Assembly: GCA_003971905.1 (NCBI GenBank)
Contig: RSEE01000133.1
Coordinates: 1 to 64,000 of the forward strand
Reading direction: 5' to 3'
Source of the DNA: Moniliella sp. 'wahieum'
Lineage: Eukaryota
DNA length: 64,000 nt
Part shown: positions 1 to 11,947 of the stretch, piece by piece
Numbering within the stretch: the stretch's first letter is position 1
How the letters are laid out: each line of letters begins with the position of its first letter
Program-made: the position numbers and the translations under genes
The notes under the pieces: generated by a model
The model's database searches: none
Told to the model about the DNA's origin: nothing
Seen by the model: the letters and a program-made list of their open reading frames with translations, nothing else

Positions 1-101
1 CCCCGCTGTGAGCGCTTGGTTCACCACGTGCGATCTGATAAACCACTGGCGCGCGTTACCAGCACGCACTCGCGCGATCGAAGTGCGGCAGGAGAGGTCA
101 T
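1..101 (-). pseudogene. 5' fragment of a degenerate paralog of the aldehyde reductase at 9122 (runs off the window edge)
   Basis: Reverse complement atgacctctcctgccgcacttcgatcgcgcgagtgcgtgctggtaacgcgcgccagtggtttatcagatcgcacgtggtgaaccaagcgctcacagcgggg aligns colinearly with 9122-9226. Two Rossmann glycines read as Arg and there is a 1-nt deletion, so it is a pseudogene or an error-laden gene. Confidence 0.7.
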
Positions 102-599
102 GTTGTGGGGCGGGTCGGAGTGTGGGAAAGTGTTGAGTGTGAGTGTGAGGGCAAAAAAAGGTATGAGGCGGAAGAGGCAAAGTGCAGGGCTGATGTTGGG
201 AGTATGTACCTTGTCGGCTCCATGGCGGGCAACCGCTTCGATGATGCCACGGCCTCCAATCGTTGGGCCTAGCGGGTGTGTGTGGAGTTCGCTCTAACGA
301 GCTCAGGGATGTTCTGATTTCGATTATTCCAAACAACGTCAGCTGTGCTATCAGCTAGCTTCAGGGGGGGGGCAGGCTGGTGCCCGTGGTGGCTTCTGGA
401 AAAGCTTGAATGTCCGTCCCTAGGTTGGTATGGCTGCCACACGGAGGACCTGGCGGATGAGCGGAAGGGGGGGGGAGAGGACACTGTCGTTGCCTGTGTT
501 TCATCGAGGAAGACTCTGACGCATGTGCTCACACCTGTGTACCGAGGTGTTGGTGGCCGATCCAGAGGGGAGAGCATGCGGAGATTAGTTGCCAGCGAC

Positions 600-752
600 G
601 GGATGAGGGGGATGGGATGGGATGGGATGGGATGGGATGGGATGGGATGGGATGGGATGGGATGGGATGGGATGGGATGGGGGGATGGATGGGATGGGAT
701 GGGATGGGATGGGATGGGATGGGAGGGGATGGGATGGGATGGGATGGGATGG
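600..752. repeat. (GGGAT)n pentanucleotide microsatellite
   Basis: About 30 near-perfect units visible directly. Confidence 0.95.
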
Positions 753-931
753 AAGGACTGCGATAAGGCCGGAATAACCACTTGATCAACCTTTACCTTA
801 CCTTACCTGAAAGAGGAACCCGTGCAAATGGCACGTGACGGGCGCGGCGGGGTTAGGGTTAAGCGTGCACCGGGCGTCCTCGTCTCGTCGTCTCATTTCT
901 CTTTGCGTGCGTTTGCTCCTGCTCGGGCGCA

Positions 932-2539
932 ATGCTTGTCGAGCCGACGCCGACGGGCGCCGAGGCGCAGCCGCCGTCGTTCATCGCCGTGCTGCACGAC
1001 AGCAAGCTTGCGCGCTGCACGCTGCGCGGAGCCCCCAGCGGCTTTGCTTCTGGGCCGCCTCCACCACCCCCACCCCTCCCACACGCACACGTAGAGCAAG
1101 AGCAAGAGCAAGAGCAAGAGCAAGAGCAAGAGCAAGAGCAAGAGGAAGCGCCCAAGCCTGCGCTCAGTCGCGGACGCTTCAGTCTCCGCTTTGTGCTCTT
1201 GTTCTCCATGGGAACCTACGTGCTGGGCTTCCTGCTGGTCATGGGTCTTCTCTATGTTGTACGTGTCCTGTCCGTTCGGGTCTGTAGCACCGCCTGTTTT
1301 CTTTGCGGACGCTAACGACTGTCTGCTTCGTCTCTCGGTTGCTTCTCGCTTGTTGCTCGCTTGTTTCTCCCTCGCCTCTCGACTGCAGACCGGCCGCTTT
1401 CCGTACTTTTTGTTGGCGGGCCCTGACGAGATGGGCTGGCACCCTGGCCGGCACTTGGGCCGCCACCGGCACTTCAAGCACCGCTTTGGCCTGCCTCCTC
1501 CGCCTCCGGTAGAGGGGTACCCTCCCCTGCCCCTCGCTCCTCCGCCTGGACCTCGGCCTACGCTTCCGCTGCCTCTGGACTCCAACGTGGAGCCTCGTCC
1601 GTCCCAAGTGCGCGTTCAGACCGGAACGACCGACCGCCGTTGAGCTGGGTCCCAGTGCAGGACGACCTTCCTTTCACCTTCCCTTCCTTGGCCGACGAAG
1701 CGTGTGCCCACCTCGCCGGACTGGGCGCGGTCACGGTCACCAAGCATGTGGCCGCGCACACTTTCTTCTCCCTTGAGCCATCGTTGTATGGGGCCAAATC
1801 GGTCCGCTTCGTACGTGCGCCGCCCGTTGCGGCCAGCGGTCAGGAGGGTCTGGTCAGTGGGGTGAACTTGCCGGTAGCGCAGCAAGGACCGGAACCAGAG
1901 CGGAGCCAAGGGAATTCGACTTCGACTGCGACTGCGACTGCGGGTGTGACTGAGCGGCGTGCCTCTGCCGAAACGGAGAAAGCATGGTACAGCATTTCAG
2001 TCCAGGTGGAGCGGAGCACTTCCGTCCGCCCCACATCTACGTCCACATCCACATCCACATCCACATCTCTGCTCGACGTGTACGCTGTCCGGTCACGCTG
2101 CCCTTTTTGGGCGCTGGCGTGGCTGGGTTGGTGCGAGGGGAGGATGGTCTGCGTCTTGTGCGTCCGGACGAGGAGGGCGAAGCGAGCGTGATGGCCGATT
2201 TGGACATTAGCATTGTTCTCCCGTCCGACCTGCCCGTTTCGACCATGGGGTTACGTGTGACTGGACCCGCCGTCCGAGCCGATACCGATACATATGCTTC
2301 CCCGTCCTTGGCTTCCGCGTCGTCGTCGTCGCCCCCACCGCCACGCCACCCCACCTCCACCTCCACCCGTCCTGGTCCGGTTGATGAGCGTGGTGACCAA
2401 CTGGGTCATGACGACCGGGACCTGGTTCCGGGGTTCGCGCGCTGCCGATTCTCGCACTGCTTCTACCTCCTTCCCCACTGCGACTTCGACGCTGATCGCG
2501 GCCGCGGTGACTTCTTCCACTGTGCCGGCTGGGCGATGA
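932..2539 (+). CDS. Hypothetical membrane-anchored protein
   Basis: ATG 932, EQ repeat, then a hydrophobic helix (FVLLFSMGTYVLGFLLVMGLLYVV). A phase-0 intron 1280-1388 (GT..GCTAAC..CAG) joins to TGRFPYFLL. Continues across frameshifts (SLADEACAHLAG, MADLDISIVLPSDLPV). End approximate. Confidence 0.55.
1093..1143. repeat. (GAGCAA)n coding hexamer repeat (EQ)
   Basis: About 8 perfect units. Confidence 0.9.
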
Positions 2540-3448
2540 GGCCGATGAGGCTCAGACAGGGCTCGTTGGCCCAGCCCACGGCCCAAACAAACCGAACGCC
2601 ACAACCTCCCTCCCGGGCCACTGGACAATTGAAACGAGTGGTTAAGGTGACTTCTTCTCCTTCGTCTTGGTTTTTCTTTTGTTTTTTCCCGCTTTTCATC
2701 TCGGTTCCGGATCCGTCGTCCGTCTCTCTTCTCTTTCCCCTCATGTCACGGTGACAGGCCTGGGCCTGACATGTGATGTTTCCCCGCCCTCTGGTCTGGC
2801 TTGGGGGCTTTGCCGTTTTGCTTGCCTGGACCCAACTCTTGAAGCTTGAAACGCTGAACTGAACACTCACTGAACACTGAATATTGAATGTACACCCGCC
2901 ATTTCCCCAATTCATCTATCATCGTCATCGTCATCCATGCCATGGCAGACGGGCGCCTGACAAGGCGCACAGGCCCAGCACGACGCAGGACAGCACTGCC
3001 ACAGGGCCGGTGCGCAAGCGAGACGGAGACGCGAAAGGCAGATGCAAGAGGGGGCATATGGGATGGAATATGGAATGAAGGATGGATGGGAATCACTTGA
3101 TCTTGAAGCTTGAAGCTTGATTAACGATTCGTGACTAGTAACTAGTAGCTCAGTCGATTGTCCGACGGACTTACAAGCCATTAGCCATGGGCCAAGTCCG
3201 GCGCACACTGCCGCCCTGCTGGGAGCACCAAGTTTGACTAGTGGCTTCCAGCCCGCCAGCGCACGCCAGCCAGTACCAGCGCACAGGCCACCTCACCTCA
3301 CCCGGCGCAACCCAACCCAACCCACGCCAAGCGGGACTGCCTCGAGAGCGCTGGCTTGCTCTCATCCACCGCACCACCTCCGCGTCCTTGCTCTGCGTTT
3401 CCCTGCATGGCTGCTGCGTCCGAACCGTTTGCATTGCGTCAGCGGTGA

Positions 3449-5384
3449 ATGGCGGCGTGCCGCACCTGGGCTACGTGGACGCGTCGACGGGCTACCCGGA
3501 CAAGCAGCGGATCGACTATGGTCTGTACCTCATCACGGCGCGATCGACGTTACCTGCAAGCTGGCGTGCTGGTGGTCGTACGGAGCTGGAGGCGTACGAG
3601 GCGCACCTCGATGCCATTCTCGCCACGGGTGCGGTGACGATCCTGCAATTGCGTGAAAAGGCGTCTGGGCACGCACAATCAGCCGAGGGCGGGGAACTGT
3701 ACGCGCTGGCGCAGCGCTCGCCGTGTGCGACAAGTACGGTGTACCGTTGGTGGTGGACGACAATGTCGGGTTGGTAGCAGCGCTTCCGCGACGGGTGGGT
3801 CTGCACCTTGGACAGTCCGACTTGCCACTCGCGGCGGCGCGGGCGGTGTGCTCGTCCCGACCGACTGATTGGCGTGTCGTGCAAGCGGCGGGAACATGTG
3901 GAGCGCGGCGGGCGCCCGTGCTGGTGGATACGCCCTGGCCATGCCGCAGACGAGCGAAGGGCTGTACATGTTGCCTGGTGCAGACTATGTGGGGATCGGC
4001 ACGCTGTACCCGACGCAGAGCAAAGTGGGCATCCCCGATGCGGACATTATCGGTCCAAGGGGCGCCAAGCAAGTGGTCGAAGCGTGTTTTGCCCCGCCAC
4101 ACTGGTCCCGCGATGTGCCACCGACGTATGCGAACCCAAAGCCCATGCCGAGCGTGTTGATTGGGGGCATCAACCGCTCCAATGTGGCGCGCGCGCTGTA
4201 CGGAGCCACGTCGTCCGTGCTGGACAGCCAGGGCAAGCCCCGGGTATCGCACCCGTCGGGGTGGCGGTGATTTCGGACATTTATGCTGCTGCCGACCCGC
4301 CCGCTGCGGCGCGGGAGCTGAAGCGCGTCTGGACGCAGTACACGGCCGGGCTCGGCGCGCAACGGCAGCGGGGGGACTTGCCTCTGGCTGCGGTAGGACG
4401 CTACTTGTCGCCTGGAACGTCCGGCGCCACTGAATCCCAAACCACTGTGCTGAACATCCTACGTGGTCTGCACCGACTGCACACAGCCCCACTGCCGTAC
4501 CTCCGCTGGTGCAGACGCTCACGTCGCACGTCTCGGCGAACCTGAGTGCGAACGTGGCGTTGGGGCTGCACGCGTCGCCGATCATGAGTCAAGAAGCGAG
4601 GGAAGCTTCGGACCTAGCCCAGGCTACGTCAGCGCTCGTGCTCAACATTGGCACGATTACGCCCGAGGCGCAACGCGGTATGCGCGCGGTCGGCCAGGCG
4701 GCCAACTTGCGCGGTACGCCTGTGGTGCTGGACCCAGTGGGCGTGGGTGCGTCTTCGTTCCGTAAGGCGGCGGGGTGGAGGAAATTTTGAACCACACCCA
4801 AGTCACGTTGATCAAGGGCAACGCGGCGGAGATTGGTACGTTGGCCGGTGCGGCGGGGGTACGGTCGCGGGGTAGACGTGGGTGCAGGTCAGTTGGCCGA
4901 CCCAGCACAGGTGGCCAAGAGCCTGGCCCAAAAAGAACGCTGCCTCGTGCTCTTGACGGGCGCAACGGACTACCTGACCGACGGTGAGACGGTCGTGGCG
5001 ATCCGCAATGGCCATCCCTGGTTGGGGAGCGTGACCGCGACGGGCTGTTCGCTCGGGGTGGCAGTGGCGGTGGGCTTGGCGCGCGGGTCGGACCCCGCTG
5101 TGACATCGGTACTGGACCCCACGACCGACGCAGCCGACGCACGTCCCCTGTTGCCCGCTTTGCCCAGCTGGTTCTCTTCGCCCTCGTCGCTCGTGCTGGC
5201 TGGGCGGGCGGACGCCCTGTTTTGGGGTGCGCTGTACGGGATTGTGTACTTTGAAGTGGCCGCGGAGCGTGCTGCGGCGCAAGCCAACGGACCTGGCTCG
5301 TTCTTGGCCGCGTGGCTGGACGTGCTGCCGACGCTGACGGAGGAAGTGTTGCTGTCGGAGGCCAAGGTGGAGGTGGTGCTGTGA
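3449..5384 (+). CDS. THI6: Bifunctional thiamine-phosphate synthase / hydroxyethylthiazole kinase
   Basis: ThiE motifs (DYGLYLIT, LQLREK, PLVVDD, LHLGQSD, DYVGIG, LIGGIN, GVAVIS) followed by ThiM motifs (SANVALGLHASPIMS, LVLNIGT, PVVLDPVGVGAS, IKGNAAEI, TATGCSLG). Several frameshifts; start approximate. Confidence 0.93.
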
Positions 5385-5815
5385 AAGCGCAGCTGGTGTT
5401 TGAATCAACTCGATTCCTTTCAAATGGAATGGAATGGAATCCAATGCAATGCAATCGATGCTTGCTGCCCACATCGAATGATGGCGGGGGGGGGGGGGAT
5501 GGGAACGAACGCGAGTGATGGTGTGGGTTTGGGGTTGGGTTGAGATAGACGTGTAAACAGACTACGTGCCGATCGATGATGATATGGCCCGCAACTCAAA
5601 AGTTGGTAATAGGAGGAACGAAAGTCCATCGACATGCCCGTGCTCATGCTTATGCTCATGCTCACAGCCGACAGCTCCCCCGTCGGTAGGAGCGTGAAGC
5701 AAAGCGAGGCAAGGCGAGTGGCTGGCTCAAGCCAGTCAAACTTCAAGCCATCTTCAATGCACAGGCTATCCCAGGCGCCCACAGCAACCCGGGGAGGAGC
5801 AGGCGCAAAAAGAAG

Positions 5816-5900
5816 CGCCTCACGGGACTCGAACCCGCAGCCGTGGGATGAACCTCTGTAATGTAAAAGTCCCAAATTCTACCGATTGAAATAGCGAGGC
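5816..5900 (-). tRNA. tRNA-Lys(UUU) with 14-nt intron
   Basis: GCCTCGC..TGGGA-CT-TTT-A[intron]A-TCCCA..GCGGG-TTCGAGT-CCCGT-GAGGCG, followed by an oligo-T terminator. The 3' acceptor strand appears 2 nt short. Confidence 0.88.
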
Positions 5901-6534
5901 TTGTTGATTGGGGGGGATCCTTATCCACACGAGTGTATGTGCGTACAGCATACCGTGTCCGACACTACGACATTTTGGCCAACCCGAGTGCGGCCTGCGG
6001 TCGTCTGTCCATTCTGCCTTGTCTGCCTCCTCGACAGTGTTTGTACTGCTGCCACGTCTGTCCGTTCCCTATGAGCCTACCTGGTCGGGGCCATTAATGG
6101 ATCAGCACCATCAATCAGCACCTTGGTTAGCGTGCCCCGCGCAATGCGCACGGAGTCCTGAGTTCTGAGTGATGATGAATGGATTTGGGCAGCACTGCCA
6201 CCCGTGCGCCCCACCCGACTACGCAAGAAGATCGGTGCGTGTGCCGTGCTGTGCCGTTGCCTACGCGCCGAATCCATCTTGGTTCGCACATACAAAGGGG
6301 GGGAAGTAAAGGATCAGGGTGCATGGAGGGGGGGAGGAACGCGTATGTGCAGGAGGGGGTGGCTGAGGGCCCAGAAAGAGCCCGGCGGGGGGGGGGGGAA
6401 GTCTACGCGCCAGACCACACAGGACCCAAGTGCCGAAGCACCTCAGCACCCACGGCCATGTGCAGCGAGAGGGCCCGAGCTCTCAACCCCTGGCCAGTAG
6501 AGAGGGGAGAAGGAACGATGAGTGCGCATCTGGC

Positions 6535-7886
6535 TCACATCACCACGCACCCACTTTCCGGCTCGTCATCTTCCCACTCTGCCTCGGCCTCTTCGCGGAC
6601 CTTGTTACTGCCATACTGGTCCATCGTCGTAGGCACCGCGGTTTCCTGCGCGACGACCGTATCGGGACGCTCGGGTTTGAGTTCAGGCAAAGGCGGTGCG
6701 AGGCGTTGGAGTGCGGCAGCAGTGGCCGGGTCGACGGTGGTGCCTTCAGGAGGGAAATGAATGTCCCAGTGAAGGAAGAGGTCGCCGTAGTACATGCCTA
6801 CGGGTCCGGGCATGCCTTGGCCAGTAATCTTGTCGACTGCACCCGGGGTGGTGATCTGGCCGGGAGACTTGGCGATACGAATGAGGCGTCCATCGAGGTG
6901 CTGGAGCACGACGCGGTCAAAGCCCAAGATGGCCTCGCTCAAGCTGAGCTGGACATGGACCAACAAGTCCAGTCCGTTCATCGTGAAGGTAGGATGCTCT
7001 TTCACGTCGAGGCGAAGGATCAAGTCGGCGGTTTTGGCGCGGGCACCTCGTCGGCCATACCGGGAAAGACGATTTTTTCCGAAGGCCGCATGCCCTGGAG
7101 AATGTCCACGTCCAACGACGTTTTTTCCTTGACGACTTGTTTGCCCTTGCATTTTTTGCACTGGTCCTTTTCGCGGTACTTTTGCCGGCGCCCTCGCAGG
7201 CGGAACAGGTGGTGACGCGTTGTTGCAAGAACCCGCCCCCGGCGGCTGTCATCTCGACTGTCTGACCTTTGCCACCACACTGCACGCACGGTTGCGGCTT
7301 GGCGCCTGCTTTGGCGCCCGAACCGTGGCAGTGCCCACAGATCACGTCGCGCGACACTTTCAAATGCGCCGTTCGACCCACGTAGAGGTCTTCCAACGTC
7401 ACCGCGTACGGCACCACCGAATCCTTCGAGCGAGGGGGCGGACGACGCGGACCGCCATGGGGCAGATCGTCAAAGTCGAACCCCATCCCCGCGCCCATAC
7501 CGCCCATGCCGCCCATGCCGCCCATACCACCCATGCCACCAAACATGGAGGCTAATAGGAAAAGTCAGTAGGGAGAAGGAGGGAGAGGGAGGATGTGGGG
7601 AACCCATCGACGTACCAAACAAATCATCCATATCTGGGCCAGCACCGGCGCCGCCCTTCATGCCTTCTGCGCCGTAGCGATCGTATGCGGCGCGGGCATC
7701 TTCGTCCGACAAGACTTCGTATGCGGCCGAGATGTGTTGGAAGCGGACCGAGGCGGCTTCTTGGTCGTCGGGGTTCTTGTCGGGGTGGTGTTCGAGCGAA
7801 GCTTTGCGGAACGCTTTCTTGATTTCGGTCGGGGATGCATCGGGGGCGATGCCCAGCAGGTCGTAGTACCCTGTCTCGGCGACCAT
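6535..7886 (-). CDS. Type I Hsp40/DnaJ co-chaperone (Ydj1/Xdj1-like)
   Basis: J domain (YYDLLG..HHPDKNP), G/M-rich linker, four CxxCxG zinc repeats, C-terminal domain (GQGMP..GDLFLHWDIHFP) and CaaX end CVVM. Intron 7552-7615. Confidence 0.93.
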
Positions 7887-9121
7887 CGTGGGGGGAGAGC
7901 GGCGGAAAAGACACAGACAGAGGCAGGAGAAACACAAACGGAAGACGCACACCGCACAGGCGGACAGGAGGCGCAGCAAGACGCAGGGCCGAGCGAGGGG
8001 CGTGTGTGGCGGCAGAGACGAGCCAAGAAGCGCGACAGACGACACCACTCACGCACGCACTTTCCTATGGCTTTTTTTGCACAGACGTAGCTTCCCTCTG
8101 ATTCCGACGCCTGCTGATGTAAGCCACATCATCCATCATCTGCATCATCACAGCACCATCCATCATTCCTCCCTCGTCTGGCCCCGCTGACATAAGCACC
8201 GTAGGCCCACCCCAGAGAGCACCACCTCCTCCTGGCCAGCTCCATCGCCATCCATCCTACCTCCTCCACGCCCACTCCCATCCACTCCCATCCACTCCCA
8301 TTCCAATCCAATTCCAGCATCGCCACTCTCCGGCACCCACGTTTGCTTACCAGCGCTCACCAGCCCCACTCCCCCGCTCGCACCCGCCACACAAATAGAA
8401 AAAGGCATGCTGCGACCGAGCACGCCGCCTTCTCCAACCCCCTCGAACCCTCTTCGTTCCGGCCTGCGTTGAACGTTGAACGTCGACGATCTGCCCTGCT
8501 CGGGCGCGTGCACAGATGGTGGGGTGGGTAGAATAGTGCGTTGCCACGGACACGAGCGAGGTCAGAAAGGGGGGGGTCCGGCACAGCGATTCAAGTTGAG
8601 TGTTGAGTGTTGAGTTCAACGTTCAACTTGAACCTTGAACGGTCAACTTGGTCCGAACGGTCAGGGATGGGTGGGTGGGGGTTACCAGTTAGTACTGAGT
8701 CAGCGCGCTGAGCGGTGGTAAGATCTAAGGGGGGGTCGGGTGGGCTCGGCCTGCTGGGCGTGCCCGGGTTTGCGCTACGTTTCCGCGGGCGGGGGGGTGT
8801 AGCGAGCACGGGTCTGGCATGCGGTGGGGCGACCGGGGATTAGTAGCCCGGAGGTAAGCCTCTAGCCGCGGGTCGCGTCGGTGTGCGCCACCCAACTGTC
8901 CAATTAATGACCTTAATGACCGGATGACCGAACCTCTCAACGAGACCCAGTACCCAAGGCGCAATTCCAACATGCAACACTACTATAACCCGTTGGTAGA
9001 GCCACTCCCGAAGAAATAAAAGACGAGCTTGATCCGTGTAGGCTGTCCTGCTCTCTCCATCTACGCTTCTTCCTCCCCTCCGCATCCCACCCTTACACAC
9101 ACACACACCCATACACACAAC

Positions 9122-10119
9122 ATGAGCTCTTCTTCTGCTGCACTTCGTCCGGGCGAGTGGGTGCTAGTTACGGGCGCGAGTGGGTTTGTCGGCTCGCACG
9201 TGTGGACCAAGCGCTGAAAGCGGGGCTGAACGTGCGTGCAGCCGTGCGCACCGAGGCGAAAGCCGATGCGTTGCGCAAGGGCTTTGCGCCACTCGGGTCG
9301 GACCGGCTAGAGGTGTGTGTGGTGGTACCGGACATGGCTGCCGAGGGGGCGTATGCGTCGGTGGTACGAGGCGTGCAGGGCGTCGCGCACGTCGCGTCCA
9401 ACCTAACGTTTGGCACTGGGTGGGACGTGGTCACGTCCTCCGTCGCGGGCGCGCAAGGTCTGTTGAACGCTAGCAAAGATGCCAACGTACGTCGCGTAGT
9501 TGTCACGTCCAGTTCCGTTGCCGTCGCCGCGTCGGACCGGGAAGTTTCGCACCACCTCACCCCGGCGACATGGAACGATGCCGGGTTGGAGAGGGCCAAG
9601 ACGGAGCCCACTCCAGGCAGCATCTACACGGCGAGCAAGTACGAGGCGGAAAAAGCCGTGTGGGCATTCCATCGTGCCAACCCCCAAATCGGCGTGTCGA
9701 CGATCAACCCCAATTTGGTTCTGGGTGGCGAGTTGGCTGGCGCATCGACCAACAGTACCAATGGTGTGGTGCAGCGATTGGCGCAGGGCGACGCGAGCTA
9801 CATCAGTATGTTTGGTGTGACGCAATTCTTCGTGAATGTGACCAACGTGGCGCAGCTGCACGTCGAGGCGCTTATCAACCCCGAGGTGAACAATGAACGG
9901 ATCTTGGCGTACCACTCGGTCTATACGTTGCGCAGTCTGGTGCAGGCTGTGCTCAAGGCGGTGCCCGACGCGCCGCTGGCCGCTAGCTGGCAGTCCTTGC
10001 CCGACTTGGACGCCAAAGATCTCAACACGGTGGACAATTCCCGCTTTCTGGCTTTGCTGGGCGACCGCGTGATCGGCCTCGAGGAGACGGTGGCGCAAGT
10101 ACTTGCGTCTCATCACTAG
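9122..10119 (+). CDS. NAD(P)-dependent aldehyde reductase / epimerase-dehydratase (extended SDR, Gre2/Ari1-like)
   Basis: VLVTGASGFVGSH Rossmann motif, HVAS, VVVTSS, catalytic YTASK. One frameshift near 9201. Confidence 0.92.
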
Positions 10120-10630
10120 TTCCATCAGTTGGTTCCTTGCCGTCTCACAATTATTACGCCGCTTTGTTACCCTCCCTTCCCAAGTCCATTTTGAGGGGGG
10201 AACGGCCCCCACTGTTACATGTTACCGCTCCCACAGGTCACTTTCTCGATCCTGTCCCTCTGCCGCCTAGCTGGCACCCTGTGGGAGGCTCACAGTTGTG
10301 ATAAGATTTCGTTGGACATTCCGACGGTATGATGGTTGCCACGGTTATACTACTCAGTTTTCTATAGAGAAGAGACGTAGGAAGCGCTGGAAGCACAGGC
10401 AAAGACGCACCCGTTCATGCACGAAGAGGCAACGTCAGGTGCCCCTGCTCGATTGGAGCAATATTGAGCAACCACATCGCAGTGTCCGTATATACTGTGT
10501 TCACACGAAGTTGAGTCGTCAAAAACAGTTGTAGACTAGGCATGTACACCATGATTATGCATCAATGGTGATGCATGATGAGTATAGTACAAGTATAATA
10601 TATTGGCAAAGGACCGTTGCAAAAAAGACG

Positions 10631-10723
10631 TTCCCCGACCGGGAGTCGAACCGAACCGGGTCTTGACGGGTCTTCTGCTGGGGCAGTGAGAGCGTCACAT
10701 CATAGCCGTTGGACCATCGAGGA
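10631..10723 (-). tRNA. tRNA-Glu(CUC) with intron
   Basis: TCCTCGA..TGACG-CT-CTC-A[intron]C-CGTCA..TTCGACT-CCCGG-TCGGGGAA with a T-run terminator. The T-arm carries an apparent short duplication (GGTTCGGTTCGA). Confidence 0.87.
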
Positions 10724-10926
10724 GTGATGCATGATCTGCACCAATTGTTAACCTCCTATGTGAAGAGTGCTTGGTCATCTGCAACGTCAGAATCTCAACC
10801 CTCGTTTCGGCTGCCCAATCCTTAATCCGTGCGTAGGACGCTACCGCCTACAGACAGTAGGCACGCAGCCTAGCCAACCGCCGCCCTGCGCTGCCCTTCC
10901 CTGCATCTCTCCTCCCCCTTCCGCAC

Positions 10927-11947
10927 ATGGTTCGTCCCCCTCCTGCCCCTCCCCCTGGCGGCTAGCCCTGACCGCTGGCGCTTCGCTTTCCTAGCAGTCC
11001 GCCCCGCGCACCGTCTCCGCCCGCGAGTGGGACAAGGCGCTGAACCGGGAGGCGCGTGTGAGCCGGAACGACGTCAACCGGCTGGTGATGGACTACCTTG
11101 TAGTTGAAGGGTACCAATCGGCAGCCGAAGCGTTTGCGAGGGAGACGGGCCAGGTTCCCGGTGTAGACCTGGGGTCCATATCGAGCCGAATGCGGATCCG
11201 CACGGCGGTGCAAGCGGGCGATATGGCGAGTGCTGTGGACCAAGTGAACGAGTTGGATCCTACGGTGCTAGACTGTGATCCTGCACTCCTGTTCCGTGTG
11301 CAACAACAACATTTGATTGAGCTGATTCGGGAGGGAGATCCCCTGGCTGCCATGACGTTTGCCACGTGCGAGTTGGCCGGTGTGTGCGAGGAGAACCCGG
11401 CCCTGCTACCGCTGTTGGAACAGACTATGGCGCTACTGGTATTTGACCTGACACCAACCCCAGCATCTGCCTCTGCTCTCGAACGGTAGCAAACCGCGCA
11501 GACCACGTCGCGTCCCACCCCACCTGACGAAGTGGCACAGCTACTTACGCCTGCCCACCGACTGCAAACGGCCGACGAACTGAACGCGGCCATCTTAGCT
11601 TCCCAAAGCCAGACGCGCCATCCGAAACTGGTGCAACTACTGCGCACGATGCTATTTGGTGAGCAGGTGCTGGGTCCCACAGGTCTTGGGCACACCGACT
11701 TCCCCCACCTGGACATGAGCTTGGTCTTGGACCCTACGTCTACGCCAGCCGCGTCCGCACAGGAGGCAGATGCACGCGGCCGCGAGACGTGTCGGGAGGT
11801 ACAGATGACGGGACCGCTAGCCCACTGGTATCGGGCCGGCCTGGACAGGACCCGTGGCAAGCGTCCGCCCTGTCTGGCACTACGCACAACGTGCGGGATG
11901 GCAGTGCCCGCCGGCCTGATGTGGGTTCTGAGGCTATGGTTCTCTGA
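10927..11947 (+). CDS. GID8: GID/CTLH complex subunit Gid8 (LisH-CTLH-CRA)
   Basis: ATG-only first exon, intron 10930-10994. LisH (DVNRLVMDYLVVEGYQSAAEAFARE), CTLH (RMRIRTAVQAG), CRA (LEQTMALLVF..RLQTADELNAAILASQ). In-frame TAG at 11487; the 3' end (..SEAMVL) is inferred across a frameshift. Confidence 0.88.

Noticed and set aside
269..789. ORFs with PSHPI/GWDGM repeats
   Set aside because: They are translations of the (GGGAT)n microsatellite.
850..861. TAACCCTAACCC on the minus strand as a telomerase RNA template
   Set aside because: It sits in a short promoter next to a microsatellite with no supporting structure; a telobox is the simpler reading.
3140..3200. TAGCTCAGTCG resembling a tRNA A-box
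   Set aside because: No cloverleaf or B-box follows.
3200..3450. TPP riboswitch upstream of THI6
   Set aside because: No aptamer core motifs were seen; known fungal TPP riboswitches lie in THI4, NMT1 and transporter introns.
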